This document shows, in pieces, positions 46,501 to 54,444 of a DNA stretch of 61,903 nt (position 1 is the first letter of the stretch; each line of letters starts with the position of its first letter). This stretch comes from an uncultured Bacteroidota bacterium. GTDB taxonomy: Bacteria > Bacteroidota > Bacteroidia > Bacteroidales > WCHB1-69. The stretch is from NCBI GenBank assembly GCA_902770735.1, contig CACXUB010000002.1, positions 1 through 61,903 of the forward strand, read 5' to 3'. A program made the translations under genes and the position numbers. The notes beneath the pieces were generated by a model that made no database searches, had not been told where the DNA came from, and saw nothing but the letters and a program-made list of their open reading frames with translations.

Positions 46501-46867
46501 GCAAAACCTGACACATTTTCCAAGCAACAAAGAGGAAATGGACACGCTGGTGGCAAAGGAACCGGTGAAAATTCGGGAAAGGCTCTGCCAACTGTTCTCA
46601 AAAATCGCTGAAGAACCCGATCTACGCCCGTATTTCATCCTTGACGAAGGCGACCGCGTGATGAACGAAGCCCCCATCATCACGGAAAACGGCAAGACGA
46701 AACGTCCGGACCGCATTGTGTTCAAACCCGACCACGTCATGATTATCGACTACAAGACGGGGCGTGAACACAAGGACGAATATAAAACACAATTGGCTGA
46801 GTATCAGAGATATCTCAGCCAAATGGGTTATAAAGACGTGCGTACTAAAATCCTTTACATCGACTGA
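43565..46867 (+). CDS. UvrD/AddA-like helicase with a C-terminal PD-(D/E)XK nuclease motif
   Basis: 1100 aa. Walker A SASAGSGKTYN, FIDEFQDTS, ..TIHASKGLQFP.., C-terminal ..RPDRIVF..MIIDYKTG.. Lower GC. Confidence 0.8.
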   Translation: MLTVYSASAGSGKTYNLVFDYLATCFKGHLSAFLKLKDRSQYLCPLCAGYQHILAITFTNNAAAEMKERVVKQLNALAFAKTADDLNQDDFNTLCQKVFGKKHNLSRDECFLFIHETSKALLHSILYDYARFSITTIDSFIQRVIRSSALYLNLSMNYAVQIRLTDFFRMAIEQYICELPNDDVQFKVVVKELLWQLEDKGYVNINRFLTKGLDIIYKNAEESHSHLKNFKEVNELLQIVEEWKNRQNTILEDCKKKVKPLAEKALQIFQNANNDDFRANQNTSWDKWFANVGDDPFNLIKGFENSKCVKGMNEKNVLSDNLKPKKSTKQEREDKKADYTLQLKDLFEKIKKIIMENANPFFTFRALTKNANYLLVLKALQNHIENIKVQTNSFFLSESNPLLFDEIQMNNGEPLFENMKQYRHIFIDEFQDTSQMQWFDLKTLIINAMSDSGSLTLFGDVKQSIYRFRNGDAELFYHLSSFDRMKNSDDTDLAALLGSSENFHFIPLQTNHRSQSAIVDFNNRFFDFYARSIQQDAYYEDVTQKIKPNKEVGLVQIYAYEKEKHKDIRLIWPDCKEDFYQNVYLSMPIAEAELLYAVMDAKRRGYSFGDMTVLLSGRGKCNDFARCLLSADIPVVTSESLQLCDNPNINVIISTLRILANPSDILSQTAVLQYFAQKQNLNFNDVLIKSNGQNFFTLLSEYFDIQDFAKKMKEWQSNPFLVMMKDIIRFYGFSPDADPFIADFIDLSFQYTQTQIASTTNFLSWWDDLNLHKDTIPRLSLEGVSDAVQLMTIHASKGLQFPVVITQCTTSSSHDTFYWVTDKDTNQSCYVKHQKELEYSDFQREYNEEKSKKELDSLNLWYVDFTRAVDMLYILSDFSSDKSEDKKEAEEPKASVKHILRQFVADPLNRLEKKEETVYYFGNSDWKIKKPDQITSIPESPFQVTCSELTFCGNTSLKVSQAETDTESTETGTHIHNFLQNLTHFPSNKEEMDTLVAKEPVKIRERLCQLFSKIAEEPDLRPYFILDEGDRVMNEAPIITENGKTKRPDRIVFKPDHVMIIDYKTGREHKDEYKTQLAEYQRYLSQMGYKDVRTKILYID

Positions 46868-46881
46868 CGCATGGTCAACGA

Positions 46882-49800
46882 CTACTTTCCGTAGGCCACT
46901 TCGAATTCCTCGTAGCCCTCGATAATGTCGCCGACCTTGATGTCGTTGCAACCATCGATATTCAGACCGCAGTCCTGTCCGGAAACCACCTCCTTGACAT
47001 CGTCTTTGAAGCGGCGCAAGGAGCCGAGTTTGCCAGTGTAGATAACGATACCGTCGCGGATGAGGCGGATTTTGGTGTTCCGCTGCAATTTGCCATCGAG
47101 CACCACGCAACCGGCCACATTGCCGACCTTGGAAATATGGAACACCTCGCGGATTTCGATGTTACAAACCACTTTCTCGCGGATTTCCGGCGAGTGCATA
47201 CCGGCGATAGCGTCCTTGATTTCGTTGATGGCGGTATAAATGATGGAATAGGTACGGATGTCGATCTGCTCGGCTTCGGCCATTTTGCGTGCGTTGGCGG
47301 ACGGGCGCACCTGGAACGCCACGATGAGGGCGTTGGACGCGGTGGCCAGCATCACGTCGGTTTCGGTCACCTGACCCACGGATTTGTGGATGACGTTGAC
47401 CTGGACCTGCTCGGTGCTGAGTTTAAGCAACTCGCCAGCAAGCGCTTCCACGGAACCATCGACATCGCCCTTGACGATGATGTTGAGTTCCTTGAAGTCA
47501 CCGATAGCAATACGACGGCCGATTTCTTCGAGGGTGACGTGCTTTTGCGTGCGCAGACCCATCTCGCGGGCGAGGCGTGCGCGTTTGGTGGCGATGCCAC
47601 GGGCTTCCTGCTCGGACTCGCACACCTTGAACGTGTCACCGGCCTGGGGTGCGCCGTTGAGACCCAGCAACAGCACAGGCTGTGCGGGACCGGCCGACTT
47701 CACAGGCTGGTTACGCTCGTTGAACATGGCTTTCACCTTACCGAAACAGCTGCCTGCGAGAATAGGATCGCCGACGGAGAGCGTGCCGTTCTGTACAAGC
47801 ACTTTCGCGACATAGCCGCGACCTTTGTCCAAGGCGGACTCGATGACCGCACCCACGCCGGGACGGTTCGGGTTGGCTTTGAGGTCGAGCAAATCAGCCT
47901 CCAACAGCACTTTTTCCAGCAATTCCTGGACATTGGTACCGTGTTTGGCGTCGATTTCCTGGCACTGGTACTTACCACCCCACTCTTCCACAAGGATGTT
48001 CATGTTGGCCAATTCCTCACGGATTTTGTCGGGATTGGCGTTGGGTTTGTCAATCTTGGTGATGGCGAACACCATGGGAACGCCGGCGGCTTGGGCGTGA
48101 TTGATAGCCTCGACTGTCTGCGGCATCACGGCATCGTCTGCGGCGACCACGATGATACACAAGTCGGTGATCTTGGCACCGCGGGCACGCATAGCCGTGA
48201 AAGCCTCGTGACCAGGGGTATCGAGGAAAGTGATCTTACGACCGTCGGGCAGGCTCACCTCGTAAGCACCGATGTGCTGGGTGATACCACCGGCCTCACC
48301 GGCAATGACGTTCGTCTTGCGGATGTAGTCCAACAGGGAAGTCTTACCATGGTCAACGTGACCCATGACGGTGATAATAGGATGGCGCGGCTGAAGATCC
48401 TCGTCCGCATCGGCTTCGGCAGCATTGTTCATGTTTTCTTCCTCGTCTGCATCGATGAATTCGACCTTGAAACCGAATTCTTCCGCCAACATCGAGATGT
48501 TTTCGGCATCCAGACGCTGGTTGATGGAAACGAAAAGACCGATGCTCATGCAAGTGGCGATAATTTTCGTAACATCGACGTTCATCAATGTAGCCAACTC
48601 GTTGGCGGTGATGAACTCTGTCACGCGCAGGGTCTTCTGATCTTCAATTGCCTGAAGTTCTTGTTCCTCAATGCGTTCGTGGATCAACTGACGTTTTTCC
48701 TTTCTGCGCTTGGCGGCGGTTGACGTTTTCTTCGAATTGCTGTCGAGACGCATTTTGGTCTCTTTGATACGACGATGGATGTCTTCCGCAGAAATTTCCA
48801 CTTTTTCGGGTTCCTGCTTCTGTTTCTTGTCCTTATCGTCCCTCACGTTAGCATTGCTGGAAGACTTCACCGGCTTGGCCACGCGTTTTCTCTTCTTTTT
48901 CTTCTTCTCCTGGCCATCGCCGCCGCGGTGATCTTCCTTTTTGGTATCCTTGTTCTGCAACAGGGAAAGGTCTATTGTACCGAGAATCTTCGGTCCTTTC
49001 AGTTGGTCAACAACTGTCTTAATATGCTCAGGAACAGGTTGTTGCGGTTTCTCTTCGACAGGTGCGGGCGTTTCCGTCTTAGGCTTTGGTTTGGGTTCGG
49101 GTTTCGCCGTTTCCACCGCCTTCGGTTGGGATTTCTCCTTCTTCTGACCCTTTTTGTCTTTGGATTTCTTCTTGGGTTTCAACGCCTCCAGATCTATCGT
49201 TCCCAGAATTTCAGGTCCCGTGATATGGGTCACCGTTTCAATATGTTCCGGTTTTTGCTCTTCTGATGCAACAGGTTGCTGTTCAACTGTTTCCTGATTA
49301 TTTTCAGAAGCGGGCTCAGCGGTCTTGGGCTCTTCGGAAGACTCCCGGGGATTTGCCGGATTATCCTGGGGAGCGGTTTCCGTTTGTTCGGGTTCAACCG
49401 TCTGTTCCTTTTTCTCTTGCTCTGCCGTCTTGCCGGAAGTTTTCTTGGCAGATTTTGAAAGGGAATCCAACGGAACAGTACCGATGATTTTCACTTCAGG
49501 GCCATGACTGACGGTTTCAACTGTCTGAACTTCAGGCAGTCGATTCGTATGGATAATGACATGACCTCCTCCTTTTTCCTCCTCGGGAAATTTGTCGGAA
49601 GCAACGGGTTTCGCTTCTTCCTTCTTGATTCTCGGGGGGATGATTTGGTCGGATTTCTCCTTCACCATCTTATCCTTGGCCAACTCCTTCTGCAGACACA
49701 GGTACATTTCCTCCGTCAGTTTGGAGTTCGGGGTCGGGGCACTGATTTCAAACCCGTTCTTGGTCAGAATGTCGATGATGCGGTCATTCGACACGTTAAA

Positions 49801-49905
49801 TTCTTTGGCCGCCTGTCCTAATCGCGGCACTTTTACTTTTTTTTCTTCCGGCATGGTGATAAATCTGGTTATGAATTTCTTTATAGGATTGTTGAACAGA
49901 TTCAT
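46882..49905 (-). CDS. infB: Translation initiation factor IF-2
   Basis: [20 protein letters not shown], ..NKIDK-like ITKIDK. Lys/Pro-rich N-terminal region. The start is either the TAATG-coupled ATG at 49905 or the internal ATG at 49854 ([13 protein letters not shown]). Confidence 0.95.
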   Translation of the reverse strand: MNLFNNPIKKFITRFITMPEEKKVKVPRLGQAAKEFNVSNDRIIDILTKNGFEISAPTPNSKLTEEMYLCLQKELAKDKMVKEKSDQIIPPRIKKEEAKPVASDKFPEEEKGGGHVIIHTNRLPEVQTVETVSHGPEVKIIGTVPLDSLSKSAKKTSGKTAEQEKKEQTVEPEQTETAPQDNPANPRESSEEPKTAEPASENNQETVEQQPVASEEQKPEHIETVTHITGPEILGTIDLEALKPKKKSKDKKGQKKEKSQPKAVETAKPEPKPKPKTETPAPVEEKPQQPVPEHIKTVVDQLKGPKILGTIDLSLLQNKDTKKEDHRGGDGQEKKKKKRKRVAKPVKSSSNANVRDDKDKKQKQEPEKVEISAEDIHRRIKETKMRLDSNSKKTSTAAKRRKEKRQLIHERIEEQELQAIEDQKTLRVTEFITANELATLMNVDVTKIIATCMSIGLFVSINQRLDAENISMLAEEFGFKVEFIDADEEENMNNAAEADADEDLQPRHPIITVMGHVDHGKTSLLDYIRKTNVIAGEAGGITQHIGAYEVSLPDGRKITFLDTPGHEAFTAMRARGAKITDLCIIVVAADDAVMPQTVEAINHAQAAGVPMVFAITKIDKPNANPDKIREELANMNILVEEWGGKYQCQEIDAKHGTNVQELLEKVLLEADLLDLKANPNRPGVGAVIESALDKGRGYVAKVLVQNGTLSVGDPILAGSCFGKVKAMFNERNQPVKSAGPAQPVLLLGLNGAPQAGDTFKVCESEQEARGIATKRARLAREMGLRTQKHVTLEEIGRRIAIGDFKELNIIVKGDVDGSVEALAGELLKLSTEQVQVNVIHKSVGQVTETDVMLATASNALIVAFQVRPSANARKMAEAEQIDIRTYSIIYTAINEIKDAIAGMHSPEIREKVVCNIEIREVFHISKVGNVAGCVVLDGKLQRNTKIRLIRDGIVIYTGKLGSLRRFKDDVKEVVSGQDCGLNIDGCNDIKVGDIIEGYEEFEVAYGK

Positions 49906-51146
49906 TATTTTGCTAATTCCTCTTTAACGGCGGCAATCATGGCATCCACGGTTTCTTCTTCAAGGTCGGTGCGGCGGATAAGTTCCTCGCGGCTGAGTTG
50001 AAGAATACTTTCGGCGGTGTCGCAGCCAATGCCGATAAATGTGTCGATCACCCACTGGTCGAAAACATCGTTGAATTCGGTCAACGGGATGACATACTCC
50101 TCTTTAATATCGTCTCTGAAGACATCGATTTCATATCCGGACAACTTGCTGGCCAACTTGATGTTATAGCCGCCCTTGCCGATAGCGAGAGAGACTTGGT
50201 CGGATTTCATATAGACGTTGGCAGTCTTGTTTTCCTCGTCGAGCTCGATAGAGGAAATCTGGGCCGGGTTGAGGGCGCGGGCGATGAGCAGCTCCTTCTT
50301 GTTAGTATAATTGATAATGTCAATATTTTCATTACGCAGTTCGCGAACGGTGTCGTGGATACGACTGCCCTTCACGCCGACGCAGGCGCCGACGGGGTCG
50401 ATGCGGTCGTCGTAGGTTTCCACCAGCACTTTGGCGCGTTCGCCGGGCACGCGGACGATGTCGCGGATCATGATGACACCCTCTTCGATTTCGGGGATGG
50501 AGCGTTCCAGCAAGCATTCGAGGAAACGCGGGGAGGTGCGGGACAAGAGGATGCGCGGGGAACCGTTAACCACGTCCACGGAAGTGATGACCGCCATGAT
50601 GCTGTCGCCTTTCTTATAGACCTCGTTGGGGATTTGCTCCGATTTGGGGAGCACCATCTCCACGCGGTCGTCGTCCATCACCAGAATCTCGCGTTTCCAC
50701 ACTTGGCTCACCTCGCCGATAATCAGTTCGCCTTTGCGCGGCTCATATTTATGGAATATAACATCTTTCTCATGTTCCAGGATCTTGTTGCTGAGGTTCT
50801 GGCGCAGCGCCAGAATCTCGCGACGTTGGAAATCGGAAAGCTGGATTTGCTCAATCACCTCCTCGCCGACCTCAAAGTCGGGTTCAATCTTGATGGCATC
50901 GGACAAAGAGATCTGGTTCGCGGGATCTGTCACCTGGCCGTCCTCGACCACCTCCAATGAGTGCTGGATTTCCAGGTCGCCGCGGTCCACGTTGACAATC
51001 ACGTTGAACTGGGCGTCCGGACCGTATTTCTTACTTAGCGCACTTACGAAGACATCTTCCAGAATATGCATAAGCGTCTCTCTGTCAATGCTTTTGGATT
51101 CCTTAAAATCGGCAAAAGTGCTGATAAGATTGATTTGTTCTTCCAT
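49905..51146 (-). CDS. nusA: Transcription termination/antitermination factor NusA
   Basis: 413 aa. N-terminal domain, S1 (..[11 protein letters not shown]..), two KH domains (..[12 protein letters not shown].., ..[12 protein letters not shown]..). Confidence 0.95.
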   Translation of the reverse strand: MEEQINLISTFADFKESKSIDRETLMHILEDVFVSALSKKYGPDAQFNVIVNVDRGDLEIQHSLEVVEDGQVTDPANQISLSDAIKIEPDFEVGEEVIEQIQLSDFQRREILALRQNLSNKILEHEKDVIFHKYEPRKGELIIGEVSQVWKREILVMDDDRVEMVLPKSEQIPNEVYKKGDSIMAVITSVDVVNGSPRILLSRTSPRFLECLLERSIPEIEEGVIMIRDIVRVPGERAKVLVETYDDRIDPVGACVGVKGSRIHDTVRELRNENIDIINYTNKKELLIARALNPAQISSIELDEENKTANVYMKSDQVSLAIGKGGYNIKLASKLSGYEIDVFRDDIKEEYVIPLTEFNDVFDQWVIDTFIGIGCDTAESILQLSREELIRRTDLEEETVDAMIAAVKEELAK

Positions 51147-51196
51147 TTTTTTTAAGTTTATTGTCTATGAATTTTTACTACTATTGGCAAATTTTG

Positions 51197-51228
51197 TAAA
51201 AAAAACTCCCACCAAATCGGTGAGAGTT
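51197..51228 (-). terminator. Intrinsic terminator after tRNA-Gln
   Basis: Minus strand reads CTCTCACC-gattt-GGTGGGAG (1 mismatch) then T8. Confidence 0.6.
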
Positions 51229-51233
51229 TTTAG

Positions 51234-51304
51234 TTGAGCTAGCAGGACTCGAACCTACACAGGCAGAACCAAAATCTGTAGTGCTACCATTACACCATAG
51301 CTCA
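51234..51304 (-). tRNA. tRNA-Gln (anticodon TTG)
   Basis: Minus-strand fold: acceptor TGAGCTA/TAGCTCA, anticodon loop TTTTGGT, T arm GTAGG-TTCGAGT-CCTGC. 71 nt. Confidence 0.8.
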
Positions 51305-51326
51305 TTCTTTATCATCAATTCGGCGG

Positions 51327-51334
51327 CAAAAATA
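51327..51334 (-). promoter_or_regulatory. -7 box (TATTTTTG) for tRNA-Gln
   Basis: Minus strand reads AAAAAAAAGTGTATTTTTGCC, 23 nt before the tRNA 5' end. Confidence 0.6.
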
Positions 51335-51403
51335 CACTTTTTTTTAATATATCCGTTTATGAAAAAAATTTTTTTCGATGGTGCTGTGATATCAAAAAAA
51401 GTG

Positions 51404-51411
51404 TATTTTTG
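51404..51411 (+). promoter_or_regulatory. -7 box (TATTTTTG) for tRNA-Arg(ACG)
   Basis: Within AAAAAAAGTGTATTTTTGC, 20 nt before the tRNA. Confidence 0.6.
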
Positions 51412-51430
51412 CACGCTTTTTTGAAGCAAC

Positions 51431-51504
51431 GGCCCCTTAGCTCAACTGAATAGAGCATTTGACTACGGATCAAAAGGTTGCAGGTTTGAATCCTGCAGGG
51501 GTCA
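51431..51504 (+). tRNA. tRNA-Arg (anticodon ACG)
   Basis: Acceptor GGCCCCT/AGGGGTC, anticodon arm TTTGA-CTACGGA-TCAAA, T arm GCAGG-TTTGAAT-CCTGC. 74 nt. Confidence 0.85.
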
Positions 51505-51512
51505 CGAAAGAT

Positions 51513-51547
51513 AAAGCGCTCGTTTTGGAAAGACGGGCGCTTTTTTT
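51513..51547 (+). terminator. Intrinsic terminator after tRNA-Arg(ACG); abuts the stop codon of the convergent gene
   Basis: AAAGCGCTCG-loop-CGGGCGCTTT then T7. Confidence 0.7.
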
Positions 51548-54164
51548 ATCGTATCACCGTCACATTCCCCGTAACCCTCTTCGCTTTCTCCCCTCGGGAC
51601 TTGTAGTGCACTACCACCACATACACCCTGTCGATGGCGTTCGCGCCGTCCCAGCCGAAGGTCTTCTCCTCCGTGCGGAACACCAGCGTGCCCCAGCGGT
51701 TGTAGATTTCCATGCGGTACTCTTCGATTTCGTCGGGGTAAGTGAATATCGGCAGGAAGACCGGGTTCAGGGCGTCCGCGCCGGGGGTGAAGGCATTGGG
51801 AAGGTAGAGTTCCTGCGCACAGTGCTCGTAGTCGATGTTTACGGCATCCCAGTGGCTGAAGCACTTGTTGCTGACCTCCACACTATAGATACCCGGCCCG
51901 CGCACCAGGTACGTGGGCTGCGTGCTGCCGTCCTGCCACAGGTAGTCGCAGTAGGGAGTTTCCGCGTTGAGGGTCAGCACCTTGCCCTCGCACAGCGTCG
52001 TGTCGGGACCGAGGTTGAGGGTGAAGTCGTTGAGGTAGCCGATATTGATAGTGTCGCTCGCACCGAGGCAGTTGTCCGTGATGACGACCCAGTATTCGCC
52101 GTCCTCATACACCGTGTAGGTGGTGTTGGTGCTCGCGTCCTGCCAGAAATACTGCGCCGGATGCGGCTGCGTGGCGTCCAACAGCAGGGTGGCTAATTCG
52201 CAAAGGATGCTGTCGTTGCCGAAATCCACAGAGGACTGCCCGTAGAGGCTCACGTGGAAGCTGTCGCTCTCGGCTCGGCAGCCGATGTTGGTGACGGCCA
52301 CCTGGAACGTCCCCGCCGAATCCACCGTGATAGAGGACGTGGTGGCGCCGTTGCTCCAGAGGTAGGAGAGGGCACCGGGCTGCTCCACCGAGAGGGTCGC
52401 GCCGGCGCACACGGTGGTGTCGTGCGCGACGGTGATGAGCGGCGGCGGCACCACAGCCACGAACGTGGTGGTGGTGTCGGGGCATTCGTAGTGGAGGACG
52501 CACTGCACGGCGAGGGTGTCTAAAGCGGTGAGTAGGAACGAGTAGCCATCGCCAACGTGCGAAACACCATTGACGATCCACTCCACGGGCACCGAGTCGG
52601 GGTTGTGCTCCACGAGGAGCGCGAGCGTGTCGCCGAGGCAGCGGTGGACGGTGTCGTAGTCGATGGCACTGAGATTGGAGTGTGGAATCGGTAAAGTCAT
52701 ATAATCGAGACCGGAAGTTCCGTACATGCAATAGACCGGATGCATGGTGTTGCCCCAGCCATAAAAGTTGGAAGGTAGGTAAGAGTATCCTATCTCATGA
52801 ATATAGGCTGAAAAACCGTGCGCATTTTCCACGGTAATAAAATCAGGTAATGTATCTACCTGATCCCAATTCCATTGCGCGGAATAATATTCCCCATTGG
52901 TTTCGGGGAAAGTGTCGAAATCTGATGGAGGAACAAGCTGTCCGTTCAGATAGGTACTGCCAATGCCGTCTTCATGCACAAAAATGGTCAAAACAACATA
53001 CGTGGTGTCTAAAAGCATTGATGGAAGATGGTACGTGTTTTTGGAAATGGGCCAGGACCAGCAAGGCACCATCATATCCGTCGGCTGACCACAACGGGCG
53101 TAATTACTATTATTCCAAAAACCTTCAGAGGTAAAATTGGGGGGACTTTGATGGTAAACATTGGAAAAAACTTTATTGGTAAGAACAACGTATGCGGCAC
53201 CCTGTCCCTGCTGATATCGGATATACGCACGTGGAACAGAATCGGCAAGATAAAGAACATCTTGATAATGAGGAGGAGGTGGAAGATAATAGTGAAAAGG
53301 ATAGTGGTAAACCGCCACTTGGAGTTCTCCCTGCTGGGGATAAGACGAATATGGCAAGTTGTTGTTTATGCACCACGCTTCTATACCAAAATTGTTTTTT
53401 TGGGGAACTCTAATCAAAAAATCATAGCCATTATGGCAATACTGGTAATATAGGCTTCCTTCTACCCATACATTGTTTCCTCTATATACAATGATCCTCT
53501 TGCAATTTGTCGTGATATTGCATCCGCCTGTACAATATACTTCACCTTGGTTCAACATAACAGTGTCGGAACCAATATACAATTGAGTGTTGTCTTCCGG
53601 TGCAATCACAAACATTGTATAATTGGATATTGCTCCGTTACTATTATTGTCATAACTTGTAGAGTGCATGTCCGTGGGATATAAAGCTGTCTTAAACGCA
53701 GGTCCATCGTATGAAATAGGAGAGTTGCAATATGTAAGCGTGTCAGGCAGATAAGGGCAATTGTACGACTGCACCCAGACTTGCACTTTTTTAGTGGTAC
53801 GGATGACAACAGATCCTCCTTGAAAAACAAATGAACCACCTCCCGAAGAAACAAAATCCCCATAATTAAGAGATGAGATAACCTCTTCAGGAATCAGGAC
53901 TTTGGTCATTACACCAGGTTGAACTTCAAAATCCACGTGGTAGGAAGTATATGGGTTTTCAATATAGCCCGTACAATAAGTTTGCCCCAACACATAAAAG
54001 ATGGCACTATCTAATGATTGCCCAGGATAGTAATAATTATTCTGGGCTCCTAAAAAACCGTCTGTAAACCAGAACTCTTTTCCTTCGTTTTGGGCAGAAA
54101 GATTCCCGCCCGCGCACAAACAGTAGAGCAGCAAGGTGAGTATTTGGCGGACAGATTTCATCAT
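51546..54164 (-). CDS. Large secreted protein with a T9SS type-B (gliding-motility-associated, CHU_C-like) C-terminal sorting domain
   Basis: 872 aa. Signal peptide, N-terminal KEFWFTDGF.. (IgGFc-binding-like), Ig-like repeats (..C.G..L.....YLW..G.T...), C-terminal ..LPNAFTPG.D.LN..F.P...Y.MEIYNRWG..VF.. Confidence 0.75.
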   Translation of the reverse strand: MMKSVRQILTLLLYCLCAGGNLSAQNEGKEFWFTDGFLGAQNNYYYPGQSLDSAIFYVLGQTYCTGYIENPYTSYHVDFEVQPGVMTKVLIPEEVISSLNYGDFVSSGGGSFVFQGGSVVIRTTKKVQVWVQSYNCPYLPDTLTYCNSPISYDGPAFKTALYPTDMHSTSYDNNSNGAISNYTMFVIAPEDNTQLYIGSDTVMLNQGEVYCTGGCNITTNCKRIIVYRGNNVWVEGSLYYQYCHNGYDFLIRVPQKNNFGIEAWCINNNLPYSSYPQQGELQVAVYHYPFHYYLPPPPHYQDVLYLADSVPRAYIRYQQGQGAAYVVLTNKVFSNVYHQSPPNFTSEGFWNNSNYARCGQPTDMMVPCWSWPISKNTYHLPSMLLDTTYVVLTIFVHEDGIGSTYLNGQLVPPSDFDTFPETNGEYYSAQWNWDQVDTLPDFITVENAHGFSAYIHEIGYSYLPSNFYGWGNTMHPVYCMYGTSGLDYMTLPIPHSNLSAIDYDTVHRCLGDTLALLVEHNPDSVPVEWIVNGVSHVGDGYSFLLTALDTLAVQCVLHYECPDTTTTFVAVVPPPLITVAHDTTVCAGATLSVEQPGALSYLWSNGATTSSITVDSAGTFQVAVTNIGCRAESDSFHVSLYGQSSVDFGNDSILCELATLLLDATQPHPAQYFWQDASTNTTYTVYEDGEYWVVITDNCLGASDTINIGYLNDFTLNLGPDTTLCEGKVLTLNAETPYCDYLWQDGSTQPTYLVRGPGIYSVEVSNKCFSHWDAVNIDYEHCAQELYLPNAFTPGADALNPVFLPIFTYPDEIEEYRMEIYNRWGTLVFRTEEKTFGWDGANAIDRVYVVVVHYKSRGEKAKRVTGNVTVIR

Positions 54165-54444
54165 TTTCCTGATTTTATGATTTTTTCACCACCTGAACAT
54201 TGGTAGACCGATAGTTCCTGTACATGTTCTGCGCCTCCGCGACCTACGCGAAACCCCACAGAACAAGGGTGAGAAAGAGGTACAACTTTTTCATAACGAT
54301 ATGATTTTAGATGAGACTGCAAAGATACACTTTTTAATGATGAATTATGAATGCTGAATAATAGTAACAGCGGATTCGGAACATAAATCAATAAACAAAT
54401 AAACAAAAAATGTACTTTTGCGGCCTGTTTAAAATCCGAAAAAA

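Noticed and set aside
48700-49700. Internal repeats in the IF-2 N-terminal region (three ..[11 protein letters not shown].. segments and Lys/Pro/Glu-rich tracts)
   Set aside because: This is a normal low-complexity, repeat-containing N-terminal extension of bacterial IF-2, not a separate element.
51147-51233. Missing rimP upstream of nusA-infB
   Set aside because: The space between the tRNA-Gln terminator and the nusA ATG is only ~50 bp, so no gene is hidden there. Absence of an adjacent rimP is a synteny detail that cannot be judged from one window.
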